Below, one piece after another: positions 52,252 through 60,944 of a stretch of 64,000 nt of DNA. The translations under genes were made by a program, and so were the position numbers. Numbering within the stretch: the first letter of the stretch is position 1; every line of letters starts with the position of its first letter. The stretch lies in the IMG/VR virus record IMGVR_UViG_3300020037_004820; one strand, written 5' to 3'. The notes beneath the pieces are model-generated. The model was not told the origin of the DNA. It did no database searches and saw only the letters and a program-made list of their open reading frames with translations. Origin of the DNA: a virus. Lineage: Duplodnaviria > Caudoviricetes.

Positions 52252-53160
52252 TTAAAAATCTGATTCTGGATCATTAACTCTAAATAAAGGCAGCCCTTTA
52301 TCGTGAACCCATCTACAAACTTGTAAACGGTCATCCACCCACGCAGAAATAAAATATTTTCCATCAATTTGTTGAGTATATATTTCTTCTTTTATTATAA
52401 CGTCTTTTCGTTGATCACCTGTTTTTCTCATATATAAAATATAATCTGTTATATCTGGTAAATATGTTTCATAAAATTTAATGGTAGGTTCTCTATATTT
52501 ATCCTCTCTGCCGCTAAGAAAAATAATTTGATATCCAGCGGAGTGATATAGTTTAATCATTTCTATAACATGTTCGTGAGGTAGATCTTTATCACAAGTA
52601 GATGCATCGTAAGGATTTCTACCATTTAGAAGGGACAATGTACCGTCGTTATCACATATAACTGCTTTAGGCAGAGAAGGATCTTGAATCAGATTACTGG
52701 ATTCAGGTTTAGCGATAAATTCTTTTCGAGGCTTGTATTTGCCCCAAAGAATTTCACGGCCTTCTTTAGCAAATTTAACAATAACGTCTTCGGGAACTTT
52801 TCGAGCACGTTCCTTATTACGTTTTATGCATTCTTGTAAAGATGTATCGAAAATCTTCTCTTCATAAAGAACATCCCCTACAAGGGATGCTATATTAAAT
52901 AAATCTTGTCTATAGCTTGCGCGAATGTTGCAATTATCAACTATAACATTCATATCCGCTTTTAATGCTTTGAGCATAAGCGTGGTTTGAAGTTTAGTAA
53001 CTAAACCTTCAATTAAGGGATTGTGTTCGGTTCCAAACATGGTCATACGAATATCATCTCGTGATATTCTGAACCAGTTTTCTTCCTTCTTAAGGAAGTC
53101 CATTGCATATGTGGACTTGCCCGAACAGGGCAGACCGATTAAAACTTGTAACTTTTTCAT
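52252..53160 (-). CDS. pseT: polynucleotide 5'-kinase / 3'-phosphatase (T4 PseT-like)
   Basis: GLPCSGKST, SRDDIR; HAD CDNDGT, SGR, DDR. Confidence 0.92.
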   Translation of the reverse strand: MKKLQVLIGLPCSGKSTYAMDFLKKEENWFRISRDDIRMTMFGTEHNPLIEGLVTKLQTTLMLKALKADMNVIVDNCNIRASYRQDLFNIASLVGDVLYEEKIFDTSLQECIKRNKERARKVPEDVIVKFAKEGREILWGKYKPRKEFIAKPESSNLIQDPSLPKAVICDNDGTLSLLNGRNPYDASTCDKDLPHEHVIEMIKLYHSAGYQIIFLSGREDKYREPTIKFYETYLPDITDYILYMRKTGDQRKDVIIKEEIYTQQIDGKYFISAWVDDRLQVCRWVHDKGLPLFRVNDPESDF

Positions 53161-54578
53161 ATTTTACTCCACTAGTGAAAGATTTCCTATATTTTCATCA
53201 ACTAAAGATAGTCTTCCTCTAAAACTCTCTTTATAAGATTCTCTAGAGTGATGAATAGTAAAAGATCTATTATTTTCATCGTTAGCGATGAGTTGGTAGA
53301 CATATTCATTTGCGGCAATATATGAAAGAAATTCTCCATGATAATTGCCATCAGAATCTGAGATTACGTAATAATCTCCTGCCCACATTTACTTACCCAA
53401 AGATTTTTTTAAAAGCTTCTACTTCTTGAATAAGTCTTTTCAATTTTTGCTCAGAAGTTATTGCTTTCCAGGCTTCTAATTCTATTATATATTTTTCATG
53501 AGCAACATTATATATTTCTTTAGCCTGAATATAGGCTTCTAATTCTTTTTCGTATTTAACTATATTGGCTTTATGTCGAACTGTTAATTCGGCAAAGCGT
53601 GGATTGGGAATCTTTGAATAACAAACTCCTCGAACATAAAAACTAGGCTGTTCATCATAATAGCCATGTCCAGTAGAATGCATGTATAATTTGCATTGTT
53701 CTAATGGAACATTGGGAGGAAACCTATCCAACAAATCTTCTATAGATATTTCTTCGTCACAAGAATAGCTTGTTAAAGGAGAAATATAAAAAATTTGCTT
53801 ATCTTCTATAAATTCAGAAGGAGGAACAGGTTCAACTGGTTTTTTAACACCAATTTTTGGAGCAGTTGGTCGTTTCATTTATCCTCCTATTAATAGGTAT
53901 CCAAACCCTACACAGCATAGGATGATTCCTATGAGAATAAGAATGAACATTGTTCTTTCACGCATTTAATATTCTTTTAAATTAAAGTAAAAACTACAAC
54001 ATAATAAATCACCAAAAGTATAAGAGCTATACTTCCTAAAACTTTATCTAAAAGAGTCTTATCATCTTTTGCAAAAAGATATCCAAGATATCCTCCGAGA
54101 AACATTGCAAGTAAGACAATGCCAAAAGGCATATTATTCCTCTTCTTTTTCTTTATGTTTAGGCTTTTTAAATCTTTTGGACTTAAAAATCTTAGACGGA
54201 GGTAACCATTGTTTAGAGGTTCCACCGTCTTCGAAAAACTTTCTACGAATTATATCCTTTGTTATTTTCAAAGGATCATATTTCTTCTTTTTGCTCATAA
54301 TCCTTAACACCATAAATTAATAAATCTACATTATAGTCGTGCCCTTTATGACATAGACTACAATTATAACAATTTGTTATTGCGTAAGCACTGTTAATCT
54401 TTTGAATTATTAGATAAACAAAATCATACATAGAATGTAAATATTCTGTTATTTCTTCCATTGAAGAAAAAATAGTTAAATATTTCAATTTACGATTGCC
54501 ATCACAGATAATGTATTTCATGATACTTCCTTTTATCTTATGCGCAATGAAGGAATTGAACCTTCTCAGAAAAGGATC

Positions 54579-54654
54579 TGGTAGCACTAATCAGATTCGA
54601 ACTGATACTTAATCCCTTTTGAGGGGAGCGCCTCTGCCGTTGGGCTACAGTGCC
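54579..54654 (-). tRNA. tRNA-Leu(CAA), short variable loop
   Basis: Loop CT-CAA-AA; 5' end nearly identical to tRNA-Leu(UAG). Confidence 0.85.
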
Positions 54655-54885
54655 ATATTAAATATTTTTCCATCCTTTTGTATAAATTGCATGTCCGAGT
54701 ACAGAACTTATAAATATAGTTGCAATTACGAATCCAATTGAGGCGGGAATTGCATTTTCAAGCACAAAATAGCAAAAGGCTGCTCCAAAGCAACCAAATG
54801 AAAAAATGCTAAAAAGTAAAAACAAAAGTTCTCCAAGGAATATTAATATCTTTACGAAACTCATAGCGAGTCCTTTAAAGGAATT

Positions 54886-54962
54886 TGGTGGGCTACTGAG
54901 AAGTCGAATCTCAAACCTTTCCCTTCGTAGGGGAATGCTCTATCCAATTGAGCTAGTAGCCC
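54886..54962 (-). tRNA. tRNA-Arg(ACG)
   Basis: TTCCC-CT-ACG-AA-GGGAA, A20 in D loop, CCA. Confidence 0.9.
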
Positions 54963-55710
54963 GGAAACTTAATTAGTAAAGATATATTTTTGAATATTTA
55001 ACAAATTCTCATTTGTCGGCTGATTACATAGCCAATTAATAGATCTAATCGCATGAGTCTTTGTTCCAAATACTTTAGAATAAGAAGCATCATCATTTCC
55101 CATTAAATAAACTTTATAAGGTTTTTCTTTAGAAGCCTGATACAAAGAATATTTGGGCTCAACCCATCCATATTTTAAATAATCCTGAGTTTGAGCTTCA
55201 TCTAGCTGTTTAATGCTAGGCAGTAAAGGTGATTTATTTTTAAATAAATGCATAAGACAATAGTTACCAGGAAAGGGTCCTCCCCAAATACTGGCATCTT
55301 CATCATTCCATTTTATGAAACCATGAAGAATTGTCTTATATTTATCATTATCTTTTCTTCTGGAAGTATACTCAAAATAATGAGGTCTTTCTTCTGGGAA
55401 TATTTCAAAATATTTCTCATGGGAAAGAATATTTGGAGGAAAAGTCATTTACTATCCTTTAGGGATTAGGATCGACAATTACACATTTAGAAATGGTAAT
55501 ATTGACACCTGCCATTATGTTTCTGCGTCCATTAACATAAAGATTGGAATTTTTTGCATCACAAGTTCTTTTAAAGGTTCTTGCCTCCGCAAAATTAGAT
55601 GTCCATTCTAGGCGCTTATTTGTTCCATAGAACTTTGCACCATTTTCTGTCTTGGTAACTACATAGCAAAATTGAACTTTATCTGTCATGGTGATTCTCC
55701 GCTTTGACTC

Positions 55711-55842
55711 ACAATATACACTACGCATTACCAGTCAAGGGCTTTGTAGACCGAGCGACAAAGCGAGCGCTCGGTCAAGGGGCCTATCATTAGATAGGCA
55801 CTGTCGCAGGTAGCTTGACGTTTCCTTTTCGGTGATTATAAT
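55711..55842. promoter_or_regulatory. divergent promoter pair at the strand switch
   Basis: (-) TTGACT-N16-TATTGT at 55738-55711; (+) TTGACG-N16-TATAAT at 55815-55842; GC hairpins between them. Confidence 0.75.
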
Positions 55843-56066
55843 TATAGAAGAATATACAAATATATTCAGAGGCATCATGAAGAAAGAAATAGTGGGTATA
55901 AATCACTTAAAAGAAGTATCTAGATTATTAGCAAGAACATATAATCTTTTAAATGAAGGAAAAGACATTTTACCTTATGCTAAATGGCAAGATTTGATAT
56001 CATCTATTAAAGATGAAGTCAATGAACATATTATAGATAATACCAAAATAATTGGAGAAGAATAAT

Positions 56067-56780
56067 ATGAATTTAGAAGAAATGGTCCTGAGTTATCAAA
56101 AAGATTCTAATAAAGAATTGCTTGAAGAAATATTAACAAAATGTAACTCTTTTGTTAAAAGTTTATCTACATATTATTTCCTTAAAAACAGAAAGAATAT
56201 CTTATTAGAAGATTTAAGATCATCTGCTATAGAAGGATTGATAATATCTATTAACAAGTTTAATCAAGATAAAAGTAAAAGTTTTGAACCATATGCTCGA
56301 TTATGGATTTCTGCAAAAATAAGACAATTCTTGCTTAAAAACATAACACCTTTTTCTATAAATGATAAACAAGGCAGACTTAATTTTACGAAATTTTATA
56401 ATTCATCTTCTGACAAAGAATCTAAAGGATATGTATCATTTTTAGATGCATTTAATTTAGCATATCAAGAGCCTGATGAAGAGAGTTATATGTCCAGTTC
56501 TATAACTCCTGAACAGGACCTTTTAAAGAAAGAAGAATTTGCTTTATTCAATAGCGAAGTTGATTCGTTTAAAGAAAAGATAACAGATGTTGAAAACTTT
56601 ATCTTTAGTAAAAGAATTTTATCAGATTCTCCTTTAACTTTAGAAGAAATTTCTAGTAAATTTGATTGTACTAATCAGAATATAGCATATAAAGAAAAGA
56701 AAGTTTTAGATAAATTTAAGAAGCATATTTTGAATTCAAAGTATCGCGAAGTGTTCCAGGCTGGCACGCTCGTTGCATGA
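56067..56780 (+). CDS. sigma70-family RNA polymerase sigma factor
   Basis: EDLRSSAIEGLIISINKFN..K..SFEPYARLWISAKI (region 2); TLEEISSKFDCTNQNI (region 4 HTH). Confidence 0.85.
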   Translation: MNLEEMVLSYQKDSNKELLEEILTKCNSFVKSLSTYYFLKNRKNILLEDLRSSAIEGLIISINKFNQDKSKSFEPYARLWISAKIRQFLLKNITPFSINDKQGRLNFTKFYNSSSDKESKGYVSFLDAFNLAYQEPDEESYMSSSITPEQDLLKKEEFALFNSEVDSFKEKITDVENFIFSKRILSDSPLTLEEISSKFDCTNQNIAYKEKKVLDKFKKHILNSKYREVFQAGTLVA

Positions 56781-56792
56781 CGAAAAAGACGC

Positions 56793-56820
56793 TTGACGGG
56801 GCGGGTCAAGGGGTTATAGG
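56793..56820 (+). promoter_or_regulatory. promoter of the Ubl cassette
   Basis: TTGACG-N16-TATAGG; CTTGAC/GTCAAG inverted repeat. Confidence 0.7.
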
Positions 56821-56872
56821 TCGGTGTAGCCGAGTAAGGCGAAAACAGAAAGACAAAGGAAGAGAGGAAAAT

Positions 56873-57067
56873 ATGGCTAATGTTGCAGTGAAGGTTCTCG
56901 GTCGTGATCGTCAGTTCGCCACGGCGAATACCGTTGGTGATTTGAAGACTCAGGTGGGTGTGAATAGCAATTACACCGCTTCGGTCAATGGTTCTCCTGT
57001 CGAGAACGATTTTGCTTTGAGTGACGACGTGTTCGTTACTCTGGCGCCGCCTGTCAAGGGTGGTTGA
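56873..57067 (+). CDS. ubiquitin-like (beta-grasp) protein ending in GG
   Basis: 64 aa; TVGDL, SVNG, LSDD..VTL, C-terminal VKGG; GAGG RBS. Confidence 0.85.
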   Translation: MANVAVKVLGRDRQFATANTVGDLKTQVGVNSNYTASVNGSPVENDFALSDDVFVTLAPPVKGG

Positions 57068-57086
57068 TTAGTTACTATATGAAAAT

Positions 57087-57115
57087 AGGGCGACTTCGAG
57101 AGGGGTCGCCTTTTT
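57087..57115 (+). terminator. terminator between Ubl and E2 genes
   Basis: ggcgact-loop-ggtcgcc followed by ttttt. Confidence 0.7.
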
Positions 57116-57145
57116 CATTTAACCAGTCCATCCTAAAAGGAAAAT

Positions 57146-58240
57146 ATGTCTAAACAAGAATTGCCCACTTCCCTTAAGATCTATCTTCGTGCCATTCGTA
57201 CTCCCGATAAGCGGAAAGAGTTTCTAGAACTATATCACTATATCCAGCACTTGGCAGGAGATTTTGACGTAACGGTTTCGGAAGCAGACATTCTTGAAAT
57301 GTTCGGAATGGACAATGCTACTTTTCCATCTAAAATTGATATTAACAAGCGGCTATTTAAGCTGGCCCAAACAGACACTGTTAAAAAGGCCGCAGCAGAT
57401 TTTGATATTGCTATTATCAATAGCATGTGTACGAACTATTTCAGTAATGCAGGTAACAAAGAGCAACTACAGCGGTCTATTAGAAATAGCCAAACATCTA
57501 TCAATCGTTGTAACGATGATATTCGCTCTTATGTAACCGCTATCATCGATGCAAAGCGCCAGCTTGTTTCAATGGAAACTAGCGATCATACTGACACTTT
57601 CCTTCGAGAAATCAACAAGATTATTTCTTCTAACAAGTTTGAACAAATTTATTATTACTTGCCGACTCATACTCTTTGTGCAGTTACCAAACCTGTTAAT
57701 ATTCGATATGGCGAAGTCGATTATTCTCTTGGTCAGTATGTAATCGCATTCACTAGCTATGACAAGCGCTTTCATGTTTACCCGCATAAGAATAATATCA
57801 TTGCGGAAGGTGTTGGTCAACGTATTCATCCTCACGTTTTCGAAAGCCGTGAAATTTGCTGGGGAAATGCGAGCGCAACTTATGCGGAATTGATGTCTTC
57901 CCAAAAGATCGGGGAACTATTTCTCATTGCAAATATGATTTTGCATGCATATAATAGGGATTCCCCTGTCAATCCTATCGAAACCTTTAAGAATGACAAA
58001 ACCTGTCCGGTTACGCGAAATACCATACTGTATGTAACGGATTATCCCGTTCATACGCAATTTCTTATTGATCTTTACCCTGAGCTTAAAACGGATAAAT
58101 TGCTTCTGTCAACGTATGTTGCTCGAATCAAGAATGTTCATAACTTCAGTTATAAACTGACGGATGATCCAGTTCAAGAAATCACGCCAGAAGAAAATAT
58201 TGAAAATAATGTGTCCGAAATAATCTCTGAGGTGGCATAA
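57146..58240 (+). CDS. E2/UBC-like conjugating enzyme with N-terminal helical/coiled-coil region
   Basis: RIHPHVFESREICWGN matches the E2 HPN/H-x(7)-C signature. Confidence 0.72.
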   Translation: MSKQELPTSLKIYLRAIRTPDKRKEFLELYHYIQHLAGDFDVTVSEADILEMFGMDNATFPSKIDINKRLFKLAQTDTVKKAAADFDIAIINSMCTNYFSNAGNKEQLQRSIRNSQTSINRCNDDIRSYVTAIIDAKRQLVSMETSDHTDTFLREINKIISSNKFEQIYYYLPTHTLCAVTKPVNIRYGEVDYSLGQYVIAFTSYDKRFHVYPHKNNIIAEGVGQRIHPHVFESREICWGNASATYAELMSSQKIGELFLIANMILHAYNRDSPVNPIETFKNDKTCPVTRNTILYVTDYPVHTQFLIDLYPELKTDKLLLSTYVARIKNVHNFSYKLTDDPVQEITPEENIENNVSEIISEVA

Positions 58241-59169
58241 TGAGTTCCGTTAAAACTGGTCCTTCGACTCCTGTAAAAAATAAGTTTCGTACACCACGTC
58301 TGATTATTCCTCAAGATATTCATCGAAAAATTATGTTTTGGGTAGACGAAGCTAACTTCGAATGCTCATGGTTGGGAACTATTGACCATGATAAAGAAAG
58401 TAACACTTTCTATGTTGTGGATGTATTCCTATTGAAGCAAGAAAATAGTTCAGCTTCTACTGATCTTGACCAAAATGAAATTGCTCGATTGCTCTATGAG
58501 CAGAGAGAAAATCCTTTTGATATCAAGTGGTGGGGACATTCCCACGTTAAGATGGATGTATTTTGGTCAAATACTGACATCGCTACGATGGAAATTCTTA
58601 GCGATGGTGGGTGGTTTATCTCTACGGTGTTCAATCAACACCGTAAAATGAAAACGGCTTTTACACAACTCGATCCTCTTCCTGTTATGATCGATAACAT
58701 CGAAACAACAGTATACGACTTTCTGTCCGAAGCGGAACGTCGCGAATGGAAAGAGGAATTCAATAGTAAAGTTACCAATAAATCTTATTCATATAAATCG
58801 AGTTCGACTACAGCACCTTCCTATTATTCTCAAAATCAAACTCCTGTTGTTGTTCAAACTCCAAAGAATAATATCCCTCCTCCGGCTAATATGCCTGATT
58901 GGAAGCAATATGCAACTGATAAGTGGAAGGAAGGATTACATGCTGCGGAAGCAATTGAAGTAATCAAAGAAGCTAAAAACGTTTATAAATCAGCAGAAGA
59001 AATTATGATGGAAGATGACGCTGGTCCTTTAGATGATATTGGTTTATATATAGCTATGCAGGAGCATGGTAATAGAGAAGAATCAGGAGAGAGAACTCTT
59101 TCTCCACAAGAAGAAGAATTTTTGGCAGAACTTTACGAACAATACGAATTAGCAAGGCAATCAGTATGA
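58240..59169 (+). CDS. JAB/MPN metalloprotease (deubiquitinase-like)
   Basis: FECSWLG (Glu); WGHSHVKMDVFWSNTD (HxH-x7-S-x2-D). Confidence 0.88.
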   Translation: MSSVKTGPSTPVKNKFRTPRLIIPQDIHRKIMFWVDEANFECSWLGTIDHDKESNTFYVVDVFLLKQENSSASTDLDQNEIARLLYEQRENPFDIKWWGHSHVKMDVFWSNTDIATMEILSDGGWFISTVFNQHRKMKTAFTQLDPLPVMIDNIETTVYDFLSEAERREWKEEFNSKVTNKSYSYKSSSTTAPSYYSQNQTPVVVQTPKNNIPPPANMPDWKQYATDKWKEGLHAAEAIEVIKEAKNVYKSAEEIMMEDDAGPLDDIGLYIAMQEHGNREESGERTLSPQEEEFLAELYEQYELARQSV

Positions 59170-59843
59170 TTTCAATCAAAAAAGAACATCTAGTTCGGCA
59201 AGCAGATCTAATTCCTCTTGATGCTTTGAATACTCGTGTTACGATTATCGGAGCAGGAGCAATTGGATCATTTAGTGCTTTTGCTCTGGCAAAAATGGGA
59301 TACAATGATATTCATGTTTTTGATTTTGACGAAGTTAGCGTCGAAAACATGAATGCTCAAATGTATCGTTTTTCAGATATCGGTGGTCAAAAAGTCGAAT
59401 GTTTGAAAGAAATTATCAAAGACTTTGCGAATGTCGATATCGTTGCACATGATTGTAAATATGAAGGTGAAGTTTTTCAAGATATCGTTGTTGCGGCAGT
59501 TGATAACATGGCAACTCGTAAAATGATATACGAGGCGCATCGAGATATGCCATATATCACCAGTTTGTATATTGATCCAAGAATGGCTATTGAATATGCC
59601 TATATTCAGGCTTTTAATCCGAATGATAAAGAGCAGTGCGGTCTATATGAAAAGACCTTGTTTAGCGACGATAACGCTATTCAAGACCGCTGCACCAACA
59701 AATCTACAATATACACGTCTCAACTGATAGGGGCGACCATCGCCAAGATTATCAAAGACATTACTACAAATAAGAGACATATCAATAGAATGATGTGGGA
59801 CATTGCTGGCAACGACGTTATGGAAGTAACGCAGCTCGGCTAA
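59166..59843 (+). CDS. ThiF/E1-like activating enzyme
   Basis: RQ, IIGAGAIGS, DFDEV..EN..Q, K, AVDN, candidate catalytic Cys in QDRCTNK. Confidence 0.9.
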   Translation: MISIKKEHLVRQADLIPLDALNTRVTIIGAGAIGSFSAFALAKMGYNDIHVFDFDEVSVENMNAQMYRFSDIGGQKVECLKEIIKDFANVDIVAHDCKYEGEVFQDIVVAAVDNMATRKMIYEAHRDMPYITSLYIDPRMAIEYAYIQAFNPNDKEQCGLYEKTLFSDDNAIQDRCTNKSTIYTSQLIGATIAKIIKDITTNKRHINRMMWDIAGNDVMEVTQLG

Positions 59844-59873
59844 AACACAAAATATATATTGAAGTTAAAATCA

Positions 59874-59901
59874 AGGCGGCCATTGGCCGCCTTTTTTTTT
59901 T
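59874..59901 (+). terminator. terminator closing the Ubl cassette
   Basis: aaggcggcc-att-ggccgcc followed by a long T run. Confidence 0.85.
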
Positions 59902-59925
59902 AAAGCTATTTATAACGAGTTTAAT

Positions 59926-60768
59926 ATGACAATAACATCCTTTTCATTGACAGAAGCACCTATTCCTATTTCTCCTCCTAAAATCGGATTAAATCCTAAA
60001 GGACAAGATTTAAGTGGAAAATTAAGAAGATATAGATCAAGAGGATCATCTAAAGATCAAAATATAGAACCTCCTGTTAAAGACCAATTATCTTTTAATA
60101 TTGTTAAACAAATATTTACTATTCTGAATCCTTCTATTCAATCCTTGGAACAGGCTGCTAGGGAAAGTTCTAAATACAAAGAAACTCTTGCATATCTTAA
60201 TTCACTTGATAAAAATCTGATTGTGAACGTTGATATTGGATTGAGTTATAGAAATTTAGATAGATCATTAAAAACTATTGCTGACCAATCATCTAAAGAT
60301 ATTATTTCTGTTTTCTTTAAAGATCTTACATCTAAGATCAGATTTATCTTTTCTAAGGATAAGAATGATGCAATGTTTGCAACTATATCTTTAAATTTTC
60401 CTATTTCCCATATTCCAGACATCATGTCTATTTTACCTATATTCTATAAAATAGAATTATCTATAGAGAACGTCAAACATACAGTTTACGGAATTTCCAA
60501 ATTAGAAAAATCATATGAGATAGTTCAGAATATGTATAGGACTAAAAAGTCAAATGATGATTTGGAATCAGAGAAAGATGCATCTTTCTCTGATGGAAAA
60601 GATGATGCTTTAAACGCAGCTCAATCCCACGTAAACGTAATAGATCAATCAATCAAATCAGAAAATGATCGAGTTGATCAGATGCCCTTTGATCAACAAT
60701 ATGAATTTATTCATTTAGATAACAAATCTCCAGATTTTACAGGTCCTTTTTTATTAAAATGGACCTGA
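59926..60768 (+). CDS. hypothetical protein
   Basis: 280-aa ORF preceded by GCTATTTAT. Confidence 0.6.
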   Translation: MTITSFSLTEAPIPISPPKIGLNPKGQDLSGKLRRYRSRGSSKDQNIEPPVKDQLSFNIVKQIFTILNPSIQSLEQAARESSKYKETLAYLNSLDKNLIVNVDIGLSYRNLDRSLKTIADQSSKDIISVFFKDLTSKIRFIFSKDKNDAMFATISLNFPISHIPDIMSILPIFYKIELSIENVKHTVYGISKLEKSYEIVQNMYRTKKSNDDLESEKDASFSDGKDDALNAAQSHVNVIDQSIKSENDRVDQMPFDQQYEFIHLDNKSPDFTGPFLLKWT

Positions 60769-60804
60769 TCAGCTATTGATCAATGATTGATCAGCTACTG
60801 ATCA
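60766..60804. repeat. four TGATCA palindromes at exact 11-bp spacing
   Basis: TGATCA at 60766, 60777, 60788 and 60799. Confidence 0.85.
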
Positions 60805-60944
60805 TTTTTTATTTCTATATTCGAGCTGGATTGTTAATTAAGTAACTTCGTGGGAATACGTGTCAAGTTAAAAGATATATAGGGTATATCTATAGATAGC
60901 TTATAGTAAATTACCACTATTTATAGCAGGTTTGGAGAGTAATC

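Noticed and set aside
56873-59843. Thiamine/molybdopterin sulfur-carrier (ThiS/ThiF) operon
   Set aside because: E2-like and JAB genes are in the cassette and no ThiG/MoaE/sulfurtransferase is in the window; not excluded for the rest of the genome
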